A stretch of DNA of 64,000 bases from Myxococcota bacterium. Lineage in GTDB: Bacteria > Myxococcota_A > UBA9042 > PHBI01 > JAWLBL01. Under the pieces are notes generated by a model. That model saw nothing but the letters and a program-made list of their open reading frames with translations, ran no database searches and had not been told where the DNA came from. Location of the stretch: assembly GCA_041687695.1 (NCBI GenBank), contig JAWLBL010000026.1:32001-96000 (forward strand). Reading direction: 5' to 3'. Below, piece by piece: positions 27,460 to 37,591 of the stretch. Position numbers and translations under genes: made by a program. Within the stretch, counting starts at the first letter, position 1. Every line of letters starts with the position of its first letter.

Positions 27460-27885
27460 ATGCCGTTTCAGCACACCGTCACCGTCCGCTTCCACGAGGT
27501 CGACCGGGCGGGCATCACATTCTTCGGGCGGGTCTTCGAGTACTGCCACGAGACCTTCGAGGAGGTGCTCAAGGCCTCGGACGACAGCCTGGAGGCCTGC
27601 TTCGACGAGGAGGGCTGGAGCATGCCGCTGGTGCACGCCGAGGCCGACTACCGGCGGCCGATGCGGATGGGCGAGCGGCTGTCGGTGCGGCTGACCGTCG
27701 AGCGCGTCGGCAAACGCTCGATGACCTTCGCGTACACCGTGGCCGGCCCGGACGGCGAGGAGCGGGCGCGGGTGAAGCTGGTGCACGCCTTCATCCGGCT
27801 GAGCGACTTCGGGCCGCACCCGGTGCCGGAGCGGGTGCTGCGGGCGCTGGCCGGGGCCGGCGTCGCGCTGCCGGCGGACGACTAG
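27460..27885 (+). CDS. acyl-CoA thioesterase (4-hydroxybenzoyl-CoA/hotdog family)
   Basis: VRFHEVDRAGITFF, PLVHAEADYRRP; AGGAGG RBS. Confidence 0.88.
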   Translation: MPFQHTVTVRFHEVDRAGITFFGRVFEYCHETFEEVLKASDDSLEACFDEEGWSMPLVHAEADYRRPMRMGERLSVRLTVERVGKRSMTFAYTVAGPDGEERARVKLVHAFIRLSDFGPHPVPERVLRALAGAGVALPADD

Positions 27886-28709
27886 CGGCCGCGCAGCTCG
27901 CCGGCGAGGCGGGTCAGCGCCTGCTGCATGGTCGCGGTGACGCGCTGGTAGCCCTGCGCGACGGCGACCGGGTCGTCGGGGTCGCCGTCGAGGTGGATGG
28001 GCTCGAGGGCCTCGATGAGCATGCGCTCGGGCGCCGGGACGTGCAGGGTCAGCGGCCCCAGGACCAGGCCGAAGGGCAGGGCGAGCGCGATCGGGAAGAT
28101 CTTGACCCGGAGCAGGCGATCGAGCCGGGTCACGCGGGCGAGGCGATCGCCGCGGGTGAGGACGAACCAGCCGTCGTGGGCGCCGGCGGTGACGAGCGGG
28201 ACGATGGGGACGCCCTGGCGCATGGCCAGGCGGACGAAGCCCTGGCGGCCGCCGAAGCAGACGACGTCCCGGGCGCCGCGGGGGCGGGCGGCCTCGAAGT
28301 CGCCGCCGGGGTAGAGCAGGACCTTGTGGCCGCGCGAGAAGGCCTGCGCGGCGCCGCCGGCGCGGGCGGGGACGCAGCCGAGGTAGCGCACGACGGTCTC
28401 GAGGCCCGGGACGCGGAACAGGGCGTCGTGGGCCAGGATGACGACCGGCTCGCGCCAGCCGGTGCGGCGGTAGTACTCGAGCAGGAAGAAGAAGGAGTCG
28501 GGGGTGACCATGCCGGCGCTGTGGTTGCCGACGAGGAGGGCCGCGCCGGACGGGACGCGCTCGAGGCCGCGGACCTCGGGGCGGAACCACGGGCGCAGGC
28601 GCGCCACGACGGCGGCGGCGGGCTGCAGGCGGCGTGGGTCGAAGGCGCCGGGCTCGGCGCCGGCGTGGGGCTCGGCGGTCGCGTGGCGGGTGTGCTGTCG
28701 CGTGGTCAT
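27882..28709 (-). CDS. lysophospholipid acyltransferase (PlsC/DGAT2-like)
   Basis: LLVGNHSAG...D, LLYPGGDFE, GRQGFVRLAM...VPIVP. Confidence 0.85.
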   Translation of the reverse strand: MTTRQHTRHATAEPHAGAEPGAFDPRRLQPAAAVVARLRPWFRPEVRGLERVPSGAALLVGNHSAGMVTPDSFFFLLEYYRRTGWREPVVILAHDALFRVPGLETVVRYLGCVPARAGGAAQAFSRGHKVLLYPGGDFEAARPRGARDVVCFGGRQGFVRLAMRQGVPIVPLVTAGAHDGWFVLTRGDRLARVTRLDRLLRVKIFPIALALPFGLVLGPLTLHVPAPERMLIEALEPIHLDGDPDDPVAVAQGYQRVTATMQQALTRLAGELRGR

Positions 28710-28817
28710 CGCGGCGCATGGTGCCCCAAGCGGACCGCCGCGGGAAGCCGGCCGGGCGTGGCGAGGGAACCGGGGCTCATCTATGGTGTCGGACGCGAGC
28801 GGACCGAGGAGGGGGCG

Positions 28818-31800
28818 ATGAGGGGCGTGAGCGCGAGGCTGACGGCGGCTTGGGTCGTGGCGCTGCTGCTGTGTGGCGGGGCGGCGCGGGCGGCCGAGGC
28901 GGCGGCGGACGATCGGCAGAGCTACCTGGCGGCCGGGCACGTGGTCGCGGTCGAGGCGGACGGGGTGGTGGTCGTCAGCCGCGGGACGGCCGACGGGCTG
29001 GTCGTCGGGCAGGACGACCTGTACTTCTGCCCGATGCGGCAGGCGACCGGGCAGAGCAGCGCGTCGGTCGACTTCTCGATCCGGCTCGCCTACGGCCAGG
29101 TGCTGTCGGCCGAGGCGCACGCCGCGCGGGTGAAGCTGCGCGCCGTGACCGAGGCCGTCGAGGTGGGCGACTACGTGGCCTACGCCATGCGGGTGCCGCC
29201 GGCCCTGGTGACCGACTCGCTGTTCCTCGTCGCGGCGTTGGACGTGGGGCTGCGGGCCCTGGACGCCACGGCGCCGCTGTTCACCTTGAAGGAGCTGCTG
29301 GCGGATCCGGGGCCGGGGACGCGGGCGGCCATCCTGCAGCGCTTGACCGCCGAGGTGCACCAGCAGGCCGAGCGGGCCAAAGACGTCCTGACGCGCCGCA
29401 TCGACGGCGGGCGCTTCCACGGCAAGACCCTGGCCGAGGCGTTCGTCGCGACGACGCCCGCGGATCTCGAGGCCTTCGTCGACTTCGTGGCCGCCTACCC
29501 GGGCCGCTACATCGGACACACCTGGAAGCTGGTCGAGGTCTACGCGACCTGGCTCATCAACCACTCGCCGTCGGGCGAGCCCGAGCGGCTCGAGCGCCAG
29601 CTGGCGCCCGATCTGGAGGCCGCGCGGGCGGCGGCGGCGCGCGGTGAGCTGGGCGAGGCCGAGCAGCGGTTGAGGCGCATCCTGGAGGCGCACCCCAAGC
29701 ACGCCGAGGCGGCGGCCGACCTCGCGAACATGGACCGCCTGGACGCCGCGACCCGCAAGCTGGCGAGCGACCCGGACGACACGGCGGCGCGCCACGAGGC
29801 GGCGCGGTCGCTGCTGGCCCTGGGCGCCCTGGCGCGCGCCGAGGCCGAGCTCGAGCGGCTGGAGCGGGCCGGCTACTCGCCGCGCGCGTGCGAGAGGCTG
29901 CGGGTGGATCTACTGGTCAAGCAGGGGCGCTTCGGGGCGGCGGCCGACGTGATCGAGGCGGCCAGGCAGGTCGAACCGACGGCCTGGAGCGAGCGCGTCG
30001 CGACCACGATGCGGGCTCGGGCGACGGTCGAGGCGGCGCCCGAGTCGGCGCAGGCGCAGCTGGCGACGGCGCGCGTGTTCGAGCAGACCGGATCGCTCGA
30101 CGCGGCGCTCGTCCGGTACCAGCGGGCGCAGCGGGTCGCGAGCAGCTCGGCCGAGCTGCTCGAGGCGGCGGCGGGGCAGCAGCGGATCGCGGCGCGCAAG
30201 GAGCTCGACGAGCGGGTGCGCTTCGCCGAGGACAGCATCCGCAAGCACGACGTTGCGACCGCGCGCAAGCGGGTCGGCATCATCGAGCTGCTGGCGGACC
30301 GCGTGGGGGACCAGGCGCTGGTCGATCGGGCGCTGAAGCGGCTGGCCGAGGCGGCGCGCGACAGCTGGGAGACCGAGCTGGAGCTGGAGCTGCTGCGCGC
30401 GTGGGCGGCGCGCTCGCCGAAGGACCCCGAGCGGCACGCCGCGGTGGCCTGGGCGGCGATGCACGCGGGGCGGATGGACGAGAGCGCGGCCGCGGTCGAG
30501 GCGGCGCTGAAGCTCGATCGGGATCACGGGTACTCGCGGCTCATCCGGGCCTACCACGAGGTGGCCGCGGGGCGCTGGGCGAAGGCGCGCAAGGAAGCCA
30601 CGGCGGCGGCGAAGTCGAAGACGTACGTGTGGCCGCGGGTGCTGCTGGCGCGGATCGCCGCGGCCGAGGGCCGCTGGGGCGAGGCCGTGAAGCGGGCCGA
30701 GGAGGCCTTCGCGCTGGCGCCGGGCAACTCGGAGGTGCGGGCGGTCCGGCACGCGGCGCTGCGGGGGGCCGAGGCGGCGCGAGGCAAGGGCGCGCGCGAG
30801 CGGCTGGCGCTGGTGCGGGCGCTGGTGGATCTCGAGCTGGGGCGGCCGGCGCTGGCGCAGGTCGACAAGCTGGCCGGGACGGAGCTGCACGACGAGGCGA
30901 GCTGGGCCGTGGCGGCCAGCGGGTCGGCGGCGATCCCGGCCGCGATCAAGCTGGAGGCGGGGCGGCGGGCGGGGACGCTGTCGCCGTGGCAGGCCAGGAT
31001 CGTGGCCCTGCGCGAGGCCGAAGCGGCGCGCGCGGCGCGGCCGGACGACGGCGAGGCGCGCGTGACGGCGGCGCGGGCGTACGCGGAGCAGGGCAGCTGG
31101 TCGCGGGCGCTGGCGGCGCTGGGGCCGCGGCTGGGCCAGGACACGCCCGAGGTGCTGGCGGTGGCGCAGGCCGCGCGAGACGGCCAGCGCGCCGACGGGC
31201 TGATGGCGGACGCGGCCGTGGCGTCCGAGCGCGGGGACGCGCGGCTGTCGCTGAAGCTGTACCAGCAGGCGGGCGAGGTGTTCCAGAGCATCGGATACGG
31301 GGGCGGCGCGGCGCGGGCGGCCTTCGGGCAGGCGTGGGCGCTGGCGAGCCTGGGGCAGCCGCGCGAGGGGTTGGCGCTGCTGGAGCAGGCGCTGGCCGAG
31401 GTGCGGCTGGACGGGGACGCGGCGCTGGCGTGGGCGGGCGAGCGGCAGCGGGCGCGGCTGGCGTCGAGCCTGGGTACGCTGGACGCGATGGCCACGGCGC
31501 TGGCGCGCATCGGGGCCGAGTGCGCGGCCGCCGACGACGAGTGGTGCCTGATGGGGGTGGCGCAGGACCTGGCGTCGCTGGCGTCGAGCGAGGGGCGGCT
31601 GGGCGAGGCGCGGCGCGAGATCGAGCGGGCGCTGGGGCTGGCGCGGCGGCAGGGGCTGGCCGACGCGGAGCGCGAGGCGATGATCACGCAGGCCGACATC
31701 CTGCAGCGGCGGGGCGAGCTGGTGGCGGCGCACGAGGTGGCGACGAAGCTGCTGGCGCTGACGCGCAAGGTCGACGACCGGTGGCGCGAGCGAGCGGCGC

Positions 31801-33833
31801 TGCTGCTGCTGGGTGTGGTCGAGATGCAGCGGGGCGAGGTGGACAAGGCGCGGGCGCGCTTCGCGGACGTCTACCGGCTGGGCGAGCGGATGGGCGTGAC
31901 CTGGATGCGGGCGCAGGCGCGGTACTTCGACGGCCTGGCGGCGCTGCGCGGGGCGCACGACGCTGCGGGGGCGGCGGCGTCGCTGGCGCAGGCGGCGGCG
32001 CTGTACCAGTCGCTGGGGGACGCGGAGAGCGAGGCGAGCGCGAAGTTCGCGCTGGGGCAGGCGTGGAGTGTCGCCGGGCGGGCCGACGAGGCGCGCAGGG
32101 CGCTGGGGGACGCGCTGGCGATGGCGCGCAAGCTGGGGCGGCGGCCGCTCGTCGGGCGGGTGCAGGCCGAGGTGGCGCTGGTCGAGGTGGCGGCCGGGCA
32201 GGTGGCGGCGGGCAAGGCGGCGGCGGACGAGGCGGTGGCCATCGCGGCGGCCATCGAGTCGCCCGAGCAGCAGTGGGCGGCGTGGCACGCGCTGGGGCGG
32301 GCCGAGGCGGCGGCCGGGCGCAAGGCCGAGGCGATCGCGGCCTACGACAAGGCGCTGGCGGTCATGGACCAGGCGATGCGCGGCGCCGGGGGCGAGGTCG
32401 AGCAGCAGGGGTTCTTGGGCTACGGGCGGGTGCGCGAGGTCTACAAGGAGGCCGTGCAGCTGCTGCTCGAGGCGGGGCAGACCAACCGGGCGCTGGAGGT
32501 GCTGGAGCTGTCGCGGGACGCGAACCTGCGGCGGATCTTCGACCCGGCGAAGATCCGGACCCGGGACGCGGCGCTCGAGCAGAAGCTGGAGGCGGTCGCC
32601 GAGGCCGAGCGTCAGGCGGCGGCGGCCAGCCGGGCCCTGGCGGACGAGCTGGCCAAGCCCGAGGCGCAGCGGAACGAGGCGCGGGTCGGGGCGCTCAGCC
32701 AGCTGGCGGCGCAGACCAGCGGCGAGGTGCGCCAGCTGCTGCTCAAGCTCAAGCGAGACCACCGCGGCCTGTTCGAGGCCCTGTCGGTCAACCCCAGCTC
32801 GCTGGTGTCGCGGCGCGCCGACCTGCCCGACGGCGCCATCGTGCTCGAGTACTTCGTCACCGACGACGCGCTGTTCATCTTCCTCATCGCGCCGGGCGAG
32901 GGCGAGGCGCGCGCCTTCCGGGTCGCCGTGACCGCGCGCGAGCTGGACGAGACGGTCATCGCCTATCGGCGGCACATGGACAGCGAGCGCTACGCGACCA
33001 TCGACCGGGCGCGCAAGCTGTACGGCTGGCTGCTGGCGCCGGTGAAGGCCGAGCTGGACAAGGCGAAGACCGTGCTGGTGCTGCCCTTCGGGGTGCTGCA
33101 CTACCTGCCGTTCCACGCGCTGGTGACCTCGCCCGAGGGCGCGGAGCCGCGGTACGTGCTGGAGGACCACCGGCTGGCGGTCGTGACCTCGACCACGCTG
33201 GACCGGCTGCTGATGCCCAAGCCCGAGGTGGCAGGGCGCGCGCTGCTGGCCTTCGCCAACCCGGACGGGTCGCTGCCGGGCGCCCGCAAGGAGCTCGAGC
33301 GCGTCACGCGTGGCTCGTTCCCGGACGCCAAGGTGCTGTTCGAGGCGGCGGCCACCGAGGAGCAGCTGCGGACGCTGGCGGGGCGCTACCAGATCGTCCA
33401 CTTCGCGACCCACGGGGTCCTGGATCCGGACCCGCTGCGCAGCCACCTGAAGCTGGCCAACGGGCCGTTCACGGTCAGCGACATCGCCGGGCTGACGGAG
33501 CTCGAGGGGGTCAACGATCTCGTGGTCCTGTCGGCCTGCCAGACCGCGATGGAGCTGGGCCGGTCGACCGGGGGCGAGGCCATCTCCATCGCCGAGGCCT
33601 TCGCGATGGCGGGGGCGCCGCGCCTCGTCGCGAGCCTGTGGGACGTCGACGACGAGGCGACGAGCGAGCTGATGACCGAGTTCTACCGGCGCCTCAAGCG
33701 CGGCGACGGCGACACGCTCGAGGCGCTGCGGCAGGCGCAGCTCAAGGTGATGCGCATGGAGCGCGACGGGCTGCTCGCCTTCGAGGAGCCGCAGTTCTGG
33801 GCGGCCTTCGCGCTCATCGGCGACTATCGCTGA
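28818..33833 (+). CDS. large exported TPR-repeat / CHAT (caspase-HetF) peptidase, 1671 aa
   Basis: Signal peptide, long TPR region, CHAT motifs LPFGVLHYLPF, VHFATHG, LVVLSACQT, ASLWDVDD, FWAAF; GAGG RBS before ATG 28818. Confidence 0.88.
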   Translation: MRGVSARLTAAWVVALLLCGGAARAAEAAADDRQSYLAAGHVVAVEADGVVVVSRGTADGLVVGQDDLYFCPMRQATGQSSASVDFSIRLAYGQVLSAEAHAARVKLRAVTEAVEVGDYVAYAMRVPPALVTDSLFLVAALDVGLRALDATAPLFTLKELLADPGPGTRAAILQRLTAEVHQQAERAKDVLTRRIDGGRFHGKTLAEAFVATTPADLEAFVDFVAAYPGRYIGHTWKLVEVYATWLINHSPSGEPERLERQLAPDLEAARAAAARGELGEAEQRLRRILEAHPKHAEAAADLANMDRLDAATRKLASDPDDTAARHEAARSLLALGALARAEAELERLERAGYSPRACERLRVDLLVKQGRFGAAADVIEAARQVEPTAWSERVATTMRARATVEAAPESAQAQLATARVFEQTGSLDAALVRYQRAQRVASSSAELLEAAAGQQRIAARKELDERVRFAEDSIRKHDVATARKRVGIIELLADRVGDQALVDRALKRLAEAARDSWETELELELLRAWAARSPKDPERHAAVAWAAMHAGRMDESAAAVEAALKLDRDHGYSRLIRAYHEVAAGRWAKARKEATAAAKSKTYVWPRVLLARIAAAEGRWGEAVKRAEEAFALAPGNSEVRAVRHAALRGAEAARGKGARERLALVRALVDLELGRPALAQVDKLAGTELHDEASWAVAASGSAAIPAAIKLEAGRRAGTLSPWQARIVALREAEAARAARPDDGEARVTAARAYAEQGSWSRALAALGPRLGQDTPEVLAVAQAARDGQRADGLMADAAVASERGDARLSLKLYQQAGEVFQSIGYGGGAARAAFGQAWALASLGQPREGLALLEQALAEVRLDGDAALAWAGERQRARLASSLGTLDAMATALARIGAECAAADDEWCLMGVAQDLASLASSEGRLGEARREIERALGLARRQGLADAEREAMITQADILQRRGELVAAHEVATKLLALTRKVDDRWRERAALLLLGVVEMQRGEVDKARARFADVYRLGERMGVTWMRAQARYFDGLAALRGAHDAAGAAASLAQAAALYQSLGDAESEASAKFALGQAWSVAGRADEARRALGDALAMARKLGRRPLVGRVQAEVALVEVAAGQVAAGKAAADEAVAIAAAIESPEQQWAAWHALGRAEAAAGRKAEAIAAYDKALAVMDQAMRGAGGEVEQQGFLGYGRVREVYKEAVQLLLEAGQTNRALEVLELSRDANLRRIFDPAKIRTRDAALEQKLEAVAEAERQAAAASRALADELAKPEAQRNEARVGALSQLAAQTSGEVRQLLLKLKRDHRGLFEALSVNPSSLVSRRADLPDGAIVLEYFVTDDALFIFLIAPGEGEARAFRVAVTARELDETVIAYRRHMDSERYATIDRARKLYGWLLAPVKAELDKAKTVLVLPFGVLHYLPFHALVTSPEGAEPRYVLEDHRLAVVTSTTLDRLLMPKPEVAGRALLAFANPDGSLPGARKELERVTRGSFPDAKVLFEAAATEEQLRTLAGRYQIVHFATHGVLDPDPLRSHLKLANGPFTVSDIAGLTELEGVNDLVVLSACQTAMELGRSTGGEAISIAEAFAMAGAPRLVASLWDVDDEATSELMTEFYRRLKRGDGDTLEALRQAQLKVMRMERDGLLAFEEPQFWAAFALIGDYR

Positions 33834-34908
33834 GCGGGGCGAGCGTCTCGAGGGCCGCCTCGATCTCGTCGCGGAAGCGCGCGGGCGAGGCGGCGCCCTC
33901 GATGATGCGGCCGTTGAGGAAGAACGTCGGCAGCGCCCGGACGCCAGCGGCGGCTCCGGCCTCGATGTCGGTCTCGACGCGCCAGGCCATGCGGCGCGTG
34001 TCGAGGCAGTCGTCGAAGCGCTTGCGGTCGAGGCCGCGGAGCTTGCGGGCCAGGGCGCGGACGTCCTCGATGGCCAGGTCGCCGGAGTGGGCGTACAGGT
34101 GGTCGTGCATCGGCCAGAAGAGGTCCTGCTCCTCGGCGCAGGCCGAGGCGTGGGCGGCCTCGACGGCGCCCGTGACGCCGTCGCGCGGATAGTAGCGGTA
34201 GACGACGCGGAGGTCGGCCGGCCAGACGCGCACCAGACGCGAGACGGTCTCGGCGGCGCGCTTGCAGAAGCGGCAGGTGTAGTCGCCGAAGACGACCAGG
34301 GTGATGGGCGCCGAGCCGGGCCCCAGGGTCGGGGCGCCCAGGCGCGGCGGGGCGTCTTCGCGAGGGCCGCCGGCGGCGGGGACCGGCGGGGCTGGGGCCG
34401 GCTGGGCGACGGCGGTCTGGGCGGCGGCGTGGGCCGGGCGGCGGTCGTAGACGACGACGTCGCCTCGCTCGGCGAGGCGGGCGACCAGGGCGTCGCGGGC
34501 CTCGCCGCGGCGGGCGGCGAGCCAGTCGCGCTCGACGTCCTTGCGCGCGGCCTTGAAGGAGCGCCCGGCGTACAGGGCGCGGTGGTCGCGGAACTGGTCG
34601 CGCAGCTCGCGCAGGGTAGGGCTGCGGAGGGTGCGACCGAGCTCGGCGTCGACGAGGTCGGTGACGGACGGGAGGTCGCGGCGCTCGGCCTCCTGGCGGA
34701 GGAGCTCGGCGGCGACGTAGGCGTCGAGGAGGCCGAGCTCGGACTCGGCGAGGAGGATGGGGTGGCCGTTGACGGTGGCGGCGACGCTGCGCCCCTCGCG
34801 GGCGGCGAGGTCCTCGCGGACGCTGGCGGGCAGGCCGGCGGTGCATGCGGCGAGGGACAGGATCGTGGCGAGCAGCGTCCACCGCAGCGCGTTCCTGAGG
34901 GGGGGCAT
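33814..34908 (-). CDS. DsbA/thioredoxin-family lipoprotein
   Basis: Lipobox LAAC; FGDYTCRFC, cis-Pro GVRALPTFFLNGR; 3' end overlaps the CHAT gene by 20 bp. Confidence 0.85.
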   Translation of the reverse strand: MPPLRNALRWTLLATILSLAACTAGLPASVREDLAAREGRSVAATVNGHPILLAESELGLLDAYVAAELLRQEAERRDLPSVTDLVDAELGRTLRSPTLRELRDQFRDHRALYAGRSFKAARKDVERDWLAARRGEARDALVARLAERGDVVVYDRRPAHAAAQTAVAQPAPAPPVPAAGGPREDAPPRLGAPTLGPGSAPITLVVFGDYTCRFCKRAAETVSRLVRVWPADLRVVYRYYPRDGVTGAVEAAHASACAEEQDLFWPMHDHLYAHSGDLAIEDVRALARKLRGLDRKRFDDCLDTRRMAWRVETDIEAGAAAGVRALPTFFLNGRIIEGAASPARFRDEIEAALETLAPLSDSRR

Positions 34909-35001
34909 CAGGACGACTCCGGGTCTCGCTGGGGAGGGAAGGGGACGCGTCTAACAACGCGGGGGCGGCGGCGAACATGCCCTGGCGCCCCTGCGCGGGG
35001 G

Positions 35002-35541
35002 TCAGCCCGAGGTGATGACCACCGCGACGGCGGCGGCTTCGGTGCGCCCGGCGGCGTCGGTGACGCGGCACGAGAGCGTGGCCGGCTGGCCGTACAGGTC
35101 GTCGACGGGCGCGCCCTCGTTCGGCGGCGCGTGGTAGACCGGGATGGGGTAGTACTGGACCTCGAGCCGCGAGCCGTCGTCGAGCGCCGGGAAGAAGCGG
35201 GTCTTGCCGGTGGCGCGCCCGACGACCTCGCCGCCGTCGGTGGTCAGCTCACAGGCCACGGTGGCGAAGGCGTCGATGCCCTTCATGCGGATGGTCGGCA
35301 TGGTCCAGGTGCCGCCCTGCAGGCCCCAGACGACCACGCACGGGTCGCCGGGCGCCAGCGGGTCGAACGCGTCGCCCTCGGTGAAGCCGAGCGTGACCTC
35401 GGCCGGGCCGGAGGGGGGCGGGGCGTCGGGGGCGTCGGCGAGGACGACGTCGGGGTCGACGTACAGGGGGTCGACGGGCGGGCAGGCCGGGGCCAGCGCC
35501 AGGGAGAGGGTCAGGGTGAGGAGGGGGACGAGGCGGTGCAC
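35002..35541 (-). CDS. hypothetical lipoprotein (GxQG-motif family, copy A)
   Basis: GTG start, signal LTLTLSLALAPAC; F-x-PL-x2-G-x5-WGLQGGTW motif. Confidence 0.65.
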   Translation of the reverse strand: MHRLVPLLTLTLSLALAPACPPVDPLYVDPDVVLADAPDAPPPSGPAEVTLGFTEGDAFDPLAPGDPCVVVWGLQGGTWTMPTIRMKGIDAFATVACELTTDGGEVVGRATGKTRFFPALDDGSRLEVQYYPIPVYHAPPNEGAPVDDLYGQPATLSCRVTDAAGRTEAAAVAVVITSG

Positions 35542-35548
35542 GGGGAGC

Positions 35549-35578
35549 AAGCTAGCGACAGCGGCGCGGCGAGGGCAA
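35549..35578 (-). promoter_or_regulatory. promoter for the 35002-35541 gene (leaderless geometry)
   Basis: TTGCCC-18-TAGCTT, 7 nt before GTG. Confidence 0.5.
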
Positions 35579-35685
35579 GGGGGCGGCGGCGGCGAAGGGG
35601 CGAGGAGGCTGCAGGGGCGGGCACGAGGGTTGACACGGGGATGCACTTTCTGGTCTTCCGAGCGCTCCAGGGAGAGAGGTGGGTG

Positions 35686-37071
35686 ATGGCGAGTCGAGCG
35701 GCTTGGGTCGGGTTGGTGGTGTTGGCGCTGGGGACGGCTGCGTGCGGGGACGACGCGGCGGAGGCCGGTCCGGGGGACGCGATCGGCGACGTGGATCCGG
35801 GCGAGGACGGCGGCGGCGACGTCGGCGAGCAGCCGGACGCGGACAAGGGCGACCAGGACGCGGTGGGCGGCGAGGACGGCGAGGACGGCGGGGGAGACTC
35901 CGGGCCGGCGCCCGAGTGCCCGGCGCCCGACGGCGAGCGGCCGTCGCGGGTGAGCGAGCACGCGGGTGTGTACGACGCGGCGCGCGATCGGGTGGTCGTC
36001 TTCGGGGGCAGCTTCGCCGTGCCGGAGAACTGCGGGTTTCCGACGCCCACCTTCGAGACGGAGACGTGGATCTACGACGTCGCGTGCGATCACTGGCGGG
36101 TCGTCGACCAGGCGGGTGGGCCGCAGGGGCGGGCGCGGCACGCGGCGGCGTACGACAGCCAGCGGGGGCGGATGATCGTCTTCGGCGGGCGGTGGCGGGC
36201 CGGCGCGTCGGGCAACTACACGCTGCTCGGGGACACCTGGGCCTTCGATCTGGCGACCGAGACGTGGAGCGAGCTGCCGACGACGAGCGGCCCGGCGGCG
36301 CGCGTGAACCATGCGATGGTCTACGACCCCCAAGGCGACCGAGTCCTGGTGTTCGGAGGGAACACCAGCGCGTCGGGGCTGGCGATCACGGCCAAGAAGG
36401 ACGTCTGGGCGTTGGAGCTGGCGACGGGGACGTGGACCGAGATCGCCACGGCGTCGGGGCCGGCGCCGCGGCTATGGCACACCGCCGTCTGGGATCCCGC
36501 GCGGCACCGCATGGTGGTCTATGGGGGCGGGGACGAGACGGCTTTCAACAACACGGCCAAGTACTTCGACGACCTGTGGGCGCTCGAGGTCTCGGGCACG
36601 CAGGGCACCTGGACGCGGCTGGACACCGGCTCGGTGACCCGTCCGGCCGGCCGGTTCTGGGCCGGGCTGGTCTACGACGCCGACGGCGACCGGTACGTCC
36701 TGTTCGGGGGCCACGACGACGGCAACCTTGGCAATCGCAACGATCTCCACGCCTTCGATCCCGAGGCCGGCGGCTGGGCGACCCTGCGGGTGGCCGACAC
36801 CTGGAACAAGCCCGCGACCGGGTTCTGCGCCTTCCCGCCGGACTTCACGAACGTGGACATGGACTCGCCCGAGCGGCGCAACGCGCACGTCTTCGTGGGA
36901 GGCGAGGCGGGGCGGGCCTTCGCGATGGGCGGCAAGACCGACTGCGGCGTCACCGACGACCTGATGGCGCTGGAGCTGGAGACGGCGACCTGGACCGAGC
37001 TGACGACCGCGACGGTGGGGGTGAGCTGCCTTCGCCGCGGGGGGCTGAGCTGCAATGACCTCTGCCTGTAG
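35686..37071 (+). CDS. Kelch-repeat beta-propeller lipoprotein
   Basis: Lipobox TAAC; repeats of R-x2-H-x3-YD...VFGG...DTW-x-FD...W; GGAGAGAGG RBS. Confidence 0.85.
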   Translation: MASRAAWVGLVVLALGTAACGDDAAEAGPGDAIGDVDPGEDGGGDVGEQPDADKGDQDAVGGEDGEDGGGDSGPAPECPAPDGERPSRVSEHAGVYDAARDRVVVFGGSFAVPENCGFPTPTFETETWIYDVACDHWRVVDQAGGPQGRARHAAAYDSQRGRMIVFGGRWRAGASGNYTLLGDTWAFDLATETWSELPTTSGPAARVNHAMVYDPQGDRVLVFGGNTSASGLAITAKKDVWALELATGTWTEIATASGPAPRLWHTAVWDPARHRMVVYGGGDETAFNNTAKYFDDLWALEVSGTQGTWTRLDTGSVTRPAGRFWAGLVYDADGDRYVLFGGHDDGNLGNRNDLHAFDPEAGGWATLRVADTWNKPATGFCAFPPDFTNVDMDSPERRNAHVFVGGEAGRAFAMGGKTDCGVTDDLMALELETATWTELTTATVGVSCLRRGGLSCNDLCL

Positions 37072-37567
37072 GCACCTGCTGCTGGCGCTGCTGATCGCGC
37101 TGGCCGGCTGCGAGGGCGAGGGCGCGGCGCCGGCCGACGAGGTCTCGGACGACGCCAAGGGCGACGCCGCCGTCCAGGAGACCTTCGTCCTGGGCGTGAA
37201 CGTGACCGGCGAGAACAAGCCCGCCTTCTTCACGCCCCTGCCCGAAGGGGCGGACCTGACGGTCGAGTACGGCCCGCAGGGCCTGTGGATGGTGGTCCTG
37301 GCGTTCAAGACGCGGGACGTGTTCACCGGGCGCCTTCACCTGTTGGCCGAGATCCGCGCGGACGGCAAGCAGCTGGGCCTGTTGGAGATGGGCAAGCAGA
37401 AGCTGGTCCCGGGTGGCGACGGCTGGGACTACTACTACAACCTCTTCCTGGTCGTGGAAGGCGCCGATCTCGACGGCCAGGCCGCCGAGATCACCCTGCA
37501 GGTCGAGGACGAGGCCGGCGCGAAGGTGGCGCTGGCCCACCCGGTCGTGCTGCGCGGCGGCCCCTGA
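37055..37567 (+). CDS. hypothetical lipoprotein (GxQG-motif family, copy B)
   Basis: Lipobox LAGC; FTPLPEGADLTVEYGPQGLW; overlaps the Kelch gene end by 17 bp. Confidence 0.7.
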   Translation: MTSACRHLLLALLIALAGCEGEGAAPADEVSDDAKGDAAVQETFVLGVNVTGENKPAFFTPLPEGADLTVEYGPQGLWMVVLAFKTRDVFTGRLHLLAEIRADGKQLGLLEMGKQKLVPGGDGWDYYYNLFLVVEGADLDGQAAEITLQVEDEAGAKVALAHPVVLRGGP

Positions 37568-37591
37568 GGGCGGCACGCGAGGCGAGGCCTC

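Noticed and set aside
28818..33833. Craspase or gasdermin-type antiphage system around the CHAT protease
   Set aside because: No Cas7-11, Csx30/31, gasdermin or NTPase partner in the window, and the protein appears to be exported.
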